Positions 56,446 to 64,000 of a stretch of DNA of 64,000 nt are shown here, in pieces. The notes beneath the pieces are model-generated. The model was given only the letters and a program-made list of their open reading frames with translations, had not been told where the DNA came from and did no database searches. The position numbers and the translations under genes were made by a program. The stretch is from positions 23,038 through 87,037 of the forward strand of contig USDJ01000004.1 in the NCBI GenBank assembly GCA_900553395.1, in the 5' to 3' direction. This DNA comes from an uncultured Mycoplasmatota bacterium (GTDB lineage Bacteria > Bacillota_I > Bacilli_A > RF39 > UBA660). Positions within the stretch are counted from its first letter, which is position 1. The number at the start of each line of letters is the position of its first letter.

Positions 56446-56541
56446 AAAATCACCAACAATAGTATATAAAAAAATTTATTATCAGTCAATTACTGATAAT
56501 AAACATAAAAACTATTAATAATTATTAATAGTCTTAAAAAA

Positions 56542-56784
56542 TTATATTAATTTATCTATATCTTTAGGTACCTTATCACTTACTACAGCATTTATTATTT
56601 TATCCTCTTGCTCTTTACTAACATTTTTACCTGTCATCTGACTTAGTGTTTGTATTACTTCACGTAAAGTGCCTTCATTTTTCATATCGTTTTGTTGTAA
56701 TTTTTTAGCAAGATCTAAAATTGTATTTTTATCAACATTAGTTTTCTTTTGTACCCTATTAAAAAAGGAATCAGAAAAAGCCAC
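56542..56784 (-). CDS. Stage VI sporulation protein F-like
   Basis: At 80 aa, FFNRVQKKTNVDKNTILDLAKKLQQNDMKNEGTLREVIQTLSQMTGKNVSKEQEDKI parallels the SpoVIF (YjcC) layout as I recall it. Confidence 0.6.
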   Translation of the reverse strand: MAFSDSFFNRVQKKTNVDKNTILDLAKKLQQNDMKNEGTLREVIQTLSQMTGKNVSKEQEDKIINAVVSDKVPKDIDKLI

Positions 56785-56830
56785 TTGAAAACCTCCCTAC
56801 ATTAATATATGTAAAAAGGCTAAATTAGTT

Positions 56831-58132
56831 CTATTTACTTAAAGATAAAATTAAACCCATTATTAAGTAATAAATCGGTGTAACTTGAACAACATTTATA
56901 TTAGCAAACCCTTGAATAGAATAAGCAATAAAGCCACCGAGTAAAATAAAATTAAGTTTATCTCTATATTTTAATGCACTAATAAAAGTTAACATATAAA
57001 GCGTTAAAAATAGTATTAACCCAAATATTCCAGTACTAACTAACTGGTGCAGATAAACATTATGAGCATTGTCAAAAATTAGTACACTATTATTACTTTT
57101 TTTGATTTCACCGCTTACTATACTTAATGTAATACCATTAGTTTTTTCATTTGGATATGTTAAATGAAAGTTATCATATCCAACCCCTAACCACGGATAC
57201 TTTTTAAAAATATTAAAGCTATTTTTCCATATAGTAATTCTTCCATTACCTCCACTTTTTATAGTTCCTTTTATTCCACTTATAGATAACTCATCACTTC
57301 TATTAGATATATCAAAATTACTATTATAAATATTTATACGATTTACAAATATAAATGTAAAACTTAATAAAAGAACTATATAAATAAATCTTTTTTTATT
57401 AAAGGATTTATATTTAAACAAATAAAAAATTGAAAATAATAATACGATAAAATAAGTTAACATAGGTCCTGTTGATTGACAATTAATTAGTGACACAAAA
57501 AGTAATATTATTAATAAAGCTTTTTTTGTTAGACTATTATTATCTATAAAAAAACTATAGGTTAAAATGCTTAAAGAAGTAACTATTAGACTTCCAAAAA
57601 AATTAGGATTACCAATCATTCCAGATGCCATTGTTAAATTAAGATGATCTTTATATCTAACAATAAAATTTAAATTAGTATACATTTGAAATAATGAATA
57701 AATTGAATTTAATACTGATATTATAACTATTAATTTTATATATTTTTTAGCATCTTTAACATTTCCATTAACATGCCAATTCAAAAATAAATATAAATAA
57801 CTAAGAACAGACAACAATCCCTCATGTCTAAAATCTTTACCAAATATAGCTATATTTTTATCTATTGAGCATAATGTACTTAATATACTTATAAAGGTTA
57901 TACCATATACTATAAAATCAAATATATCTAATTTTCTTCTTTTTTTCTTAATATCTGAAATATAAATATATACTAATACTGGTAAACTAATATATAGTAT
58001 AATAGCTGGATTTATATTATCGTAATTATTTATAATTCCGAAGTGCTCAAGACTCATAGAAAAAAACTTCAAAAATGGAACAGCTATTAGTATCATGAGT
58101 GTTACTATATTTAATAACTTTTTATTATCCAT
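56831..58132 (-). CDS. O-antigen ligase (Wzy_C)-like polytopic membrane protein
   Basis: About 10-12 TM segments with a large loop, and NAHNVYLHQLVSTGIFGLILF resembles the Wzy_C motif. Confidence 0.6.
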   Translation of the reverse strand: MDNKKLLNIVTLMILIAVPFLKFFSMSLEHFGIINNYDNINPAIILYISLPVLVYIYISDIKKKRRKLDIFDFIVYGITFISILSTLCSIDKNIAIFGKDFRHEGLLSVLSYLYLFLNWHVNGNVKDAKKYIKLIVIISVLNSIYSLFQMYTNLNFIVRYKDHLNLTMASGMIGNPNFFGSLIVTSLSILTYSFFIDNNSLTKKALLIILLFVSLINCQSTGPMLTYFIVLLFSIFYLFKYKSFNKKRFIYIVLLLSFTFIFVNRINIYNSNFDISNRSDELSISGIKGTIKSGGNGRITIWKNSFNIFKKYPWLGVGYDNFHLTYPNEKTNGITLSIVSGEIKKSNNSVLIFDNAHNVYLHQLVSTGIFGLILFLTLYMLTFISALKYRDKLNFILLGGFIAYSIQGFANINVVQVTPIYYLIMGLILSLSK

Positions 58133-58176
58133 ATTATCACCATATCAATTATATTATAAATAGAAAAAAAAGTGAA

Positions 58177-59493
58177 CTAATCTTGTTCACCTTTATTCTT
58201 AAAATTAATAACTATAGGAGTTCCACTAAAATCAAAAGACTCTCTTATTTTATTTTCTAAATATCTTTCGTAAGAAAAATGAATTAACCCTTTACTATTT
58301 ACTTGAATATTAAATGTAGGAGGCTTACTTTTAACCTGAGTAGAAAAATATATCTTAAGTCTTTTTCCCTTATAACTAGGTGGTAAGTTAAGTTCATATG
58401 CATCAGTTATAACTCTATTAAGCAAACTAGTACTAATTTCCTTCTTACTATTTTCATATGCATTTAAAACTTCTGGCATAAGTGTATGAATTCTCTTTTT
58501 AGTTTTTGCACTTAAAAATACTACTTTAGCATAACTCATAAAAGCAAAATCTGCTTCTATATCTTTTTTCCATTTTTTTATTGCTGAATCTTTATCTTCT
58601 ATAAGATCCCATTTATTAACAACTATAACAATAGCCTTACCAGCCTCAATCGCATATCCTGCTATATGCTTATCGTGCTCGATTATTCCCTCTTCAGCAT
58701 TTATAACAAGAACGCATACATCACTTCTATCAATAGCCTTTAAGCTTCTAAGTAAACTATACTTTTCTATGTTTTCATATACTTTACCTTTTTTTCTCAT
58801 TCCAGCTGTATCTATTACTACATATTTATTGCCATTATAATTAAATGGAGTATCTATAGCATCTCTAGTCGTTCCAGCTATATTTGATACGATAACTCTT
58901 TCCTCATTTAAAATAGCATTAACCAAACTACTTTTTCCTACGTTTGGTCTACCTATTATAGAAAATTTAACCGTATCATCATCTGGATCTTCTTCAAATT
59001 TAGGAAAATTCTCTGTTATAGTATCAAGTAATTCACTAATACCATATCCCTGTTCACCACTTACTTTAATGTAATTATTAAAGCCCAATTCATAAAAATC
59101 ATATTCAGTTTCTTTGATTTTTTTACTATCACATTTATTTATTACAACAATTACTTTATCAGCAATTTTCAAAAGCATATCTCTAACTAAAAAATCATCC
59201 CTAGTTAATCCATCTTTTCCATCTACAACAAAAAGCACAATATCAGCTTCATCTATAGCAAGAGATGCCTGAATCTTTATTTCATTATTAAAAGCTGCAT
59301 TTCCAACTTCAATTCCACCAGTATCTATCAAATGAAACTTATAGTCATAATAACTAACACTTCCATAAACTCTATCGCGTGTAACACCTGGAGTATCCTC
59401 TATTATGGATAGTTTTTTACGAACTAATTTATTAAATATAGTACTTTTTCCAACATTTGGTCTACCAACCAAAGCTACAACAGGTTTCTTCAT
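58177..59493 (-). CDS. der: Ribosome-associated GTPase Der (EngA)
   Basis: Two GTPase domains (GRPNVGKST twice, DTGG/DTAG and NKCD/NKWD) plus a KH-like C-terminus. Confidence 0.95.
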   Translation of the reverse strand: MKKPVVALVGRPNVGKSTIFNKLVRKKLSIIEDTPGVTRDRVYGSVSYYDYKFHLIDTGGIEVGNAAFNNEIKIQASLAIDEADIVLFVVDGKDGLTRDDFLVRDMLLKIADKVIVVINKCDSKKIKETEYDFYELGFNNYIKVSGEQGYGISELLDTITENFPKFEEDPDDDTVKFSIIGRPNVGKSSLVNAILNEERVIVSNIAGTTRDAIDTPFNYNGNKYVVIDTAGMRKKGKVYENIEKYSLLRSLKAIDRSDVCVLVINAEEGIIEHDKHIAGYAIEAGKAIVIVVNKWDLIEDKDSAIKKWKKDIEADFAFMSYAKVVFLSAKTKKRIHTLMPEVLNAYENSKKEISTSLLNRVITDAYELNLPPSYKGKRLKIYFSTQVKSKPPTFNIQVNSKGLIHFSYERYLENKIRESFDFSGTPIVINFKNKGEQD

Positions 59494-59587
59494 ATTATCA
59501 CCTCGAAAACATAAGTATTATATCATATTATAAAAAAAAATAAAATAAAAAAGTTCAATAAATTATTGAACTTAATTAAGTCTAAAA

Positions 59588-60007
59588 TTATTTAGTTGCT
59601 AATAAGTTTTTATCTAAAAGCTTCTTAGAACTTGCATCAGATCCTGCTCTACAAACAACGCTGAAACTCTTTCCTGATACTGTAACATCACAATAAACGC
59701 CATCTTTAGTTTGAATAGTTAATTTTTCACCATCTAATTTTGCTTCCTGCATATTGTCTATTGTTAAATTATCTTTTATAGAACTTAATGTTACTTCTGG
59801 AAGTGTTGTACCTTCAGTACCAGCATACAATGATGATGTATATGCATATTGAACACCAGTATATACTAATTCAGCAGATCTTTCTTTAGCACTTGATCTA
59901 GCATCATCAATCATTCCTATGATAATTGGTGTTGCGATTAAAGCGATAATAGCTAAAATTACGATTACTGCTAATAATTCTATTAATGTAAAACCTTTAT
60001 TTTTCAT
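59588..60007 (-). CDS. Type IV pilin / pseudopilin with prepilin N-terminal methylation motif
   Basis: The leader MKNKG is followed by FTLIELLAVIVILAIIALIATP. The C-terminal part has two Cys residues (CDVTVSGKSFSVVC). Confidence 0.8.
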   Translation of the reverse strand: MKNKGFTLIELLAVIVILAIIALIATPIIIGMIDDARSSAKERSAELVYTGVQYAYTSSLYAGTEGTTLPEVTLSSIKDNLTIDNMQEAKLDGEKLTIQTKDGVYCDVTVSGKSFSVVCRAGSDASSKKLLDKNLLATK

Positions 60008-60054
60008 ATTTTCACCACCTTACCTTATTGATATATTAAATATATCACATATTG

Positions 60055-61071
60055 TTAAATTTTGTCAATATCATGAACTGAATAATTTATCGCTTTTGAA
60101 ATAGCACTTGACAACTTCTGTATAACAAAGTCTATTTCCTTTGGTGTAACCATTAAATTATAACCAATGGGATTTAATACCTCAAATACTAGCTTTTGTA
60201 ATTCATAGTCATCTAATGTGCCTATCAGTCCTAAAAGTAATTCTTTGTCTTTTTTGTTTTCCTTTATTTTTTTATTTAGATAATTTACATTGTTAAATGT
60301 AAGCTTACTTTTAGGACTTTTAGAATATTCTTTGTTAAAAGCATAATTCTTATATATATAGTTAATAGTGTTTGAAACTATTACAGTAGCATCTACAACT
60401 GTTGGAACTCCTATTGCAATTACAGGTATTTTTAATGTTTCAAAACTAATTTCTTTTCTTTTATTTCCTATTCCGCTTCCAGGATGTATCCCAGTATCTG
60501 TTATTTGTATTGTTCTATTTAACCTTTCAATAGACTTACTTGCTAGGGAATCGATAACGATTAAATAATCGGGCTTAACTTTCGATACTAATGCTTCTAT
60601 TATATCACTCGTTTCTATTCCTGTTTCTCCCATAACTCCAGGGTTTATTGCGCTTATCCTGCTATAACACTTACTCAACTGATTTAATAAATACAAGTGA
60701 TTAGTAACAATTATATTATCTACTACTAATGGGCCTAATGAATCGGGAGTTGAAGATGAATTACCAAGTCCAATTACCAGTCCATAAGAATTCTTTTTTT
60801 TATTTATCATTTTCTTTAATACAAGAGTTAAAGTTTTTATAACATTACTCTCATTCTTTGAATCAGTTATATCTTCAAATTCCAATGTGATATATTTACC
60901 CTTTTTCTTATTTAAATCATTATCCTTTTCAAGCTCAACGTTAGTTATTTTGATGTTATTTATATTATCAGTTTTATATTTTACACCTTTTAATTTCTCT
61001 TCTTTTTGTATTTCGTCTATAGCTAAATCTGTCCTTAATTGGTATTTTGATAAATCTACCTCCTTATTCAT
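60055..61071 (-). CDS. gpr: Germination protease (GPR endopeptidase)
   Basis: YQLRTDLAIDE, GLGNSSSTPDSLGP and VIDSLAS. It is linked divergently to rpsT, as in other spore formers. Confidence 0.9.
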   Translation of the reverse strand: MNKEVDLSKYQLRTDLAIDEIQKEEKLKGVKYKTDNINNIKITNVELEKDNDLNKKKGKYITLEFEDITDSKNESNVIKTLTLVLKKMINKKKNSYGLVIGLGNSSSTPDSLGPLVVDNIIVTNHLYLLNQLSKCYSRISAINPGVMGETGIETSDIIEALVSKVKPDYLIVIDSLASKSIERLNRTIQITDTGIHPGSGIGNKRKEISFETLKIPVIAIGVPTVVDATVIVSNTINYIYKNYAFNKEYSKSPKSKLTFNNVNYLNKKIKENKKDKELLLGLIGTLDDYELQKLVFEVLNPIGYNLMVTPKEIDFVIQKLSSAISKAINYSVHDIDKI

Positions 61072-61169
61072 ATAATCACCCTTATTATTTTTAACAAATT
61101 TGCTTATTTTATTGCATTTTTTATAAAAGTTTGTTAAAATATGTGTATATGTGACTTGGAGGTGAACTT

Positions 61170-61433
61170 ATGCCAAATTTAAAGAATGCTAAAAAGAGAG
61201 TTTTAGTTAATATCAAAAAAGAAAAAGCTAATAACGAATTTGAAGCTAGTATGAAAACTTCTATTAAAAATGTAGAAAGAGCTGTTGCTTCAAAAGATAA
61301 AGAAAAAGCTAATGAAAAATTAAAAGTTGCTATTAAAGCAATAGATAAGGCTGCTCAAAAAGGAGTAACTTCAAAAAATACAAGTGCTAGAAATAAATCT
61401 AGATTAAGTAAAAAAGTTAATTCAATGGAGTAA
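61170..61433 (+). CDS. rpsT: 30S ribosomal protein S20
   Basis: MPNLKNAKKRV... and a basic 87-aa helical protein. SD GGAGGTG is present. Confidence 0.9.
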   Translation: MPNLKNAKKRVLVNIKKEKANNEFEASMKTSIKNVERAVASKDKEKANEKLKVAIKAIDKAAQKGVTSKNTSARNKSRLSKKVNSME

Positions 61434-61541
61434 TTTACTTCATTTTTTTATTATTAACAAACTAAATGTAAATTTTTATTAACTTAAATAAATCTTATTG
61501 TTAGATGAATTAGCATATGCTATAATGAATTTGGTGATAAT

Positions 61542-62432
61542 ATGAAAGATATGTTTAAAATTACATTTATGACTTTATTTGTATTATTAGTATACATATT
61601 TAGAAGTAATATATCCAATTTTATTACCGATGAAATTATATACAGAGGAAACAATAAGATTTTAACTTATAATGAGTATTATTTAAACAACAATTATTTA
61701 TATGTACAAAATTTAGATACTAAAGACGTAAAAAATTATAACGAGGTTTTAAATATGTTTTACACTATTATAAATAGTGGAGATGACAACTTCTCATTTT
61801 ATTGTAACTATGACTCTTGTATAAGTGATGTTAAAAAATTAACTAAAGATGAAGATGAAACTGTGGCAAACATAAATAACTTCGTTCATCCATTTAATTC
61901 ATTTGCATCTATAAATATAAATATTGCATCAAGTGGAAAAATAACAGTTAAGACTAAAAAAGTATATAGTGATGATCAAATCAGCTATATAAAAAGTTAT
62001 ATTGAAAAATTTAATAAAGAAAATATAGATGATTCAATGTCTGATTATGATAAAATCAAAAAATTTCATGACTTTATTATAAATACAACAGAATATGACC
62101 AAGATAATAAAAGAGATTCATACACAGCTTTTGACCTAATAACTACTGGTAAATCAATTTGTGGTGGATATAGCGATATAATGGCTATATATCTAAATAC
62201 CTTAGGTATTAAAAATTATAAAATAACATCTAAAAATCATATTTGGAATCTTGTTTATATAAATGGTAATTGGTTACATTTAGATGCTACTTGGGATGAC
62301 CCAGTTGCAAGTGATGGAAAACAATATCTAATACATAACTTCTTCCTAATATCAACAGATGAGTTACTTAAGTTAGATAAAGTTGAACATAACTTTGATG
62401 AAAATATATATTTAGAAGCCAAAATCTCTTAG
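61542..62432 (+). CDS. Membrane-anchored/secreted transglutaminase-like cysteine protease-fold protein
   Basis: An N-terminal TM or signal segment, then GKSICGGYSDIMAIYLNTLGIKNYKITSKNHIWNLVYINGNWLHLDATWDDP, the canonical Cys/His/Asp core. Confidence 0.75.
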   Translation: MKDMFKITFMTLFVLLVYIFRSNISNFITDEIIYRGNNKILTYNEYYLNNNYLYVQNLDTKDVKNYNEVLNMFYTIINSGDDNFSFYCNYDSCISDVKKLTKDEDETVANINNFVHPFNSFASININIASSGKITVKTKKVYSDDQISYIKSYIEKFNKENIDDSMSDYDKIKKFHDFIINTTEYDQDNKRDSYTAFDLITTGKSICGGYSDIMAIYLNTLGIKNYKITSKNHIWNLVYINGNWLHLDATWDDPVASDGKQYLIHNFFLISTDELLKLDKVEHNFDENIYLEAKIS

Positions 62433-62447
62433 GAGATTTTTTTTATT
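62421..62447 (+). terminator. Intrinsic terminator after the transglutaminase-like gene
   Basis: Stem AAAATCTC/GAGATTTT with the stop codon in the loop, then a T run. Confidence 0.55.
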
Positions 62448-62470
62448 AAAAAAGAGAGACAAAGCTCTCT
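62447..62470 (-). terminator. Intrinsic terminator after the 51-aa ORF
   Basis: Stem AGAGAG/CTCTCT overlaps the stop codon, then T5-6 on the minus strand. Confidence 0.5.
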
Positions 62471-62624
62471 ATTCCATCATATCTTCTAGTTTTTTATTTG
62501 CTTTTTTCATAGCACTATCTGCTATATCCTCAAGCTTATTCATTACTGGTTCACTATACTTTTGATATGCAAGTACGGCTCCAGCTCCTGCGGCTATTAA
62601 AGCCATCGATTTTACTATTTTCAT
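62469..62624 (-). CDS. Small membrane-anchored protein, 51 aa (not in the ORF track)
   Basis: SD GAGGTGA lies 4 nt before the ATG. My translation is MKIVKSMALIAAGAGAVLAYQKYSEPVMNKLEDIADSAMKKANKKLEDMME*. It has YtxH-like architecture and its own terminator. Confidence 0.5.
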   Translation of the reverse strand: MKIVKSMALIAAGAGAVLAYQKYSEPVMNKLEDIADSAMKKANKKLEDMME

Positions 62625-62692
62625 ATCATCACCTCACTAGAAATATGACTTTGTATATAAAAACTATATACAGTAATATTATTTATCTTTTT

Positions 62693-64000
62693 TTACATTT
62701 TATTCAATGAATTAATTAATTTTTCTAGTAAAGTCGTTTTTCTTTCTCTTTCTAAATTGTTTTTAACGCCATATATAAAAGCCTCAGCTTCGCCAATAAG
62801 GACAAGTTTTTTCTTTGCTCTAGTAATTCCCGTGTATATTAGTTTTTTATATAGCATTCTTTTATATGAACTACTAATTGGCATAATCACAAATTCAAAT
62901 TCACTACCTTGACTTTTATGTATACTTATAATAAACCCATGCTTAAATTTATTAAAATCTTTTGAAGTATATGTAACAATATTTCCATAATAATCTATTG
63001 TTATTTCAGATAAGCCACTTTTAGTTCCAGATTTACTTATCTTTTTTATTACGCCTATATCTCCATTAAAAACATTATTATCTGGATCATTTACTAATTG
63101 TAAGATTTTATCATTTTCTCTATAAGTTATATCACCATATCTAAGTTCCAATTTAGATATATCTGGTGGATTAAAGACATCTTGTAATACTTTGTTTATA
63201 TTGTCTATTCCATTTACTCCACCATACATTGGAGCCATAAGCTGTATTCTTTTATAATCATAACCTTTACTTATAACTTTTGTACAAATATTAATAAGAC
63301 TTGGTAATATTAAATCACTTTGGCATCTTAAAAATTTATAATCATCACGATCAACTAAAAATTCTTCATCCAAAGCATCATTTTTTATATCATTAGCCAA
63401 AATAGGAATATAGCTCTCTTCATCTTGCCTATATAAAAGATCTAATTCTACTTTATCAAGTATATCACTATCTATCAAGTCTTTTAAAACATTTCCAGCA
63501 CCTACACTTGGTAATTGATTATAATCTCCAACTAAAACTAATTTAATATTATTAGTTAGTCCTCTAAGTAAACTACTCATCAAATGATTATCTATCATAC
63601 TCACTTCGTCAACTATTACTAAATTAGAAAAATCTGGATCATATTCGTTTACCATAAATTCATTAGCTTCCTTATTCCATTTTAAAAACCTATGAATAGT
63701 AGTTGCTGGAAGCATAGTAGATTCACTCATTCTTTTACTTGCTCTACCTGTTGGAGCTAGTAGCGCTAAAGAATTAATTAAATCTTTAAGTTCTAATTTA
63801 TTTAATTTTTTATAAAGATCAACTATGGCTTTAATTATAGTAGTTTTACCTGTACCTGGTCCACCAGTTATTATCAATATATTATTTTCTAGTGCTTTTA
63901 CAATTGCTTCTTTCTGCTTTTCACTATATTTTATTTCATATTTATCTTCTAATTCTTTTATTCTTAAATCTATATTCTTGTACTTAGTAGTATCTTTGTT
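62693..64000 (-). CDS. recD2: RecD2-like ATP-dependent DNA helicase (partial; N-terminus beyond the right window edge)
   Basis: Walker A GGPGTGKTT, Walker B VDEVSMID, LVGDYNQLPSVGAG, SIHKSQGSEF and YTGITRAKKKL. The frame stays open upstream of the track's Met as far as position 64000. Confidence 0.85.
   Translation of the reverse strand, partial: NKDTTKYKNIDLRIKELEDKYEIKYSEKQKEAIVKALENNILIITGGPGTGKTTIIKAIVDLYKKLNKLELKDLINSLALLAPTGRASKRMSESTMLPATTIHRFLKWNKEANEFMVNEYDPDFSNLVIVDEVSMIDNHLMSSLLRGLTNNIKLVLVGDYNQLPSVGAGNVLKDLIDSDILDKVELDLLYRQDEESYIPILANDIKNDALDEEFLVDRDDYKFLRCQSDLILPSLINICTKVISKGYDYKRIQLMAPMYGGVNGIDNINKVLQDVFNPPDISKLELRYGDITYRENDKILQLVNDPDNNVFNGDIGVIKKISKSGTKSGLSEITIDYYGNIVTYTSKDFNKFKHGFIISIHKSQGSEFEFVIMPISSSYKRMLYKKLIYTGITRAKKKLVLIGEAEAFIYGVKNNLERERKTTLLEKLINSLNKM

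Overview
This is a very AT-rich chromosomal segment from a spore-forming low-GC Firmicute. It looks Clostridia-like, but the species cannot be named from the sequence alone. I call about 66 protein genes, roughly 80% of them on the minus strand, packed tightly with many 1-8 nt overlaps.

Most of the window is core genome:
- Sporulation: spoIVA, a SpoVID/SipL-like LysM protein, a CotS-like protein, yabG, veg, an uninterrupted pro-sigK, gpr and a spoVIF-like gene.
- Replication and repair: dnaE, ruvA, ruvB and a recD2-like helicase.
- Translation: ileS and serS (each behind a T-box leader), rpmB, rpsT, der and dusB.
- Central metabolism: ackA, gpmI, gap and prs.
- Proteolysis: lon and clpP.
- Envelope: a RodA/FtsW-family protein, an LtaS-like enzyme, a polysaccharide deacetylase and an O-antigen-ligase-like protein.

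The one clear accessory patch is a ~2.8 kb islet (about 14.4-17.2 kb) abutting the 3' end of the tmRNA gene. It is bounded by a duplicated copy of the tmRNA 3' end and terminator region. It holds a frameshifted and internally deleted MOBV (Mob/Pre-type) relaxase remnant, a pMV158-like oriT/nick motif, and a tight three-gene operon of unrecognisable proteins. It has no integrase, so I read it as a decayed integrative mobilizable element with orphan cargo.

Other items worth a second look:
- A 216-aa ORF translationally coupled to ackA with PARP/ART-like H..S..E motifs.
- A cytosolic 576-aa transglutaminase-fold protein next to it.
- A 401-aa ThyX-like protein with the ThyX motifs split over two half-repeats plus a Cys-rich tail.
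- A stand-alone HerA/FtsK-type ATPase.
- A membrane J-like protein lacking HPD and carrying 45-bp coding tandem repeats.
- A Cys-less membrane-anchored PTS EIIB-like domain.
- A DnaE without the PHP H-x-H motif, coupled to a MazG-like gene.

All homology statements come from reading the translations and recalling family motifs. No searches were run.
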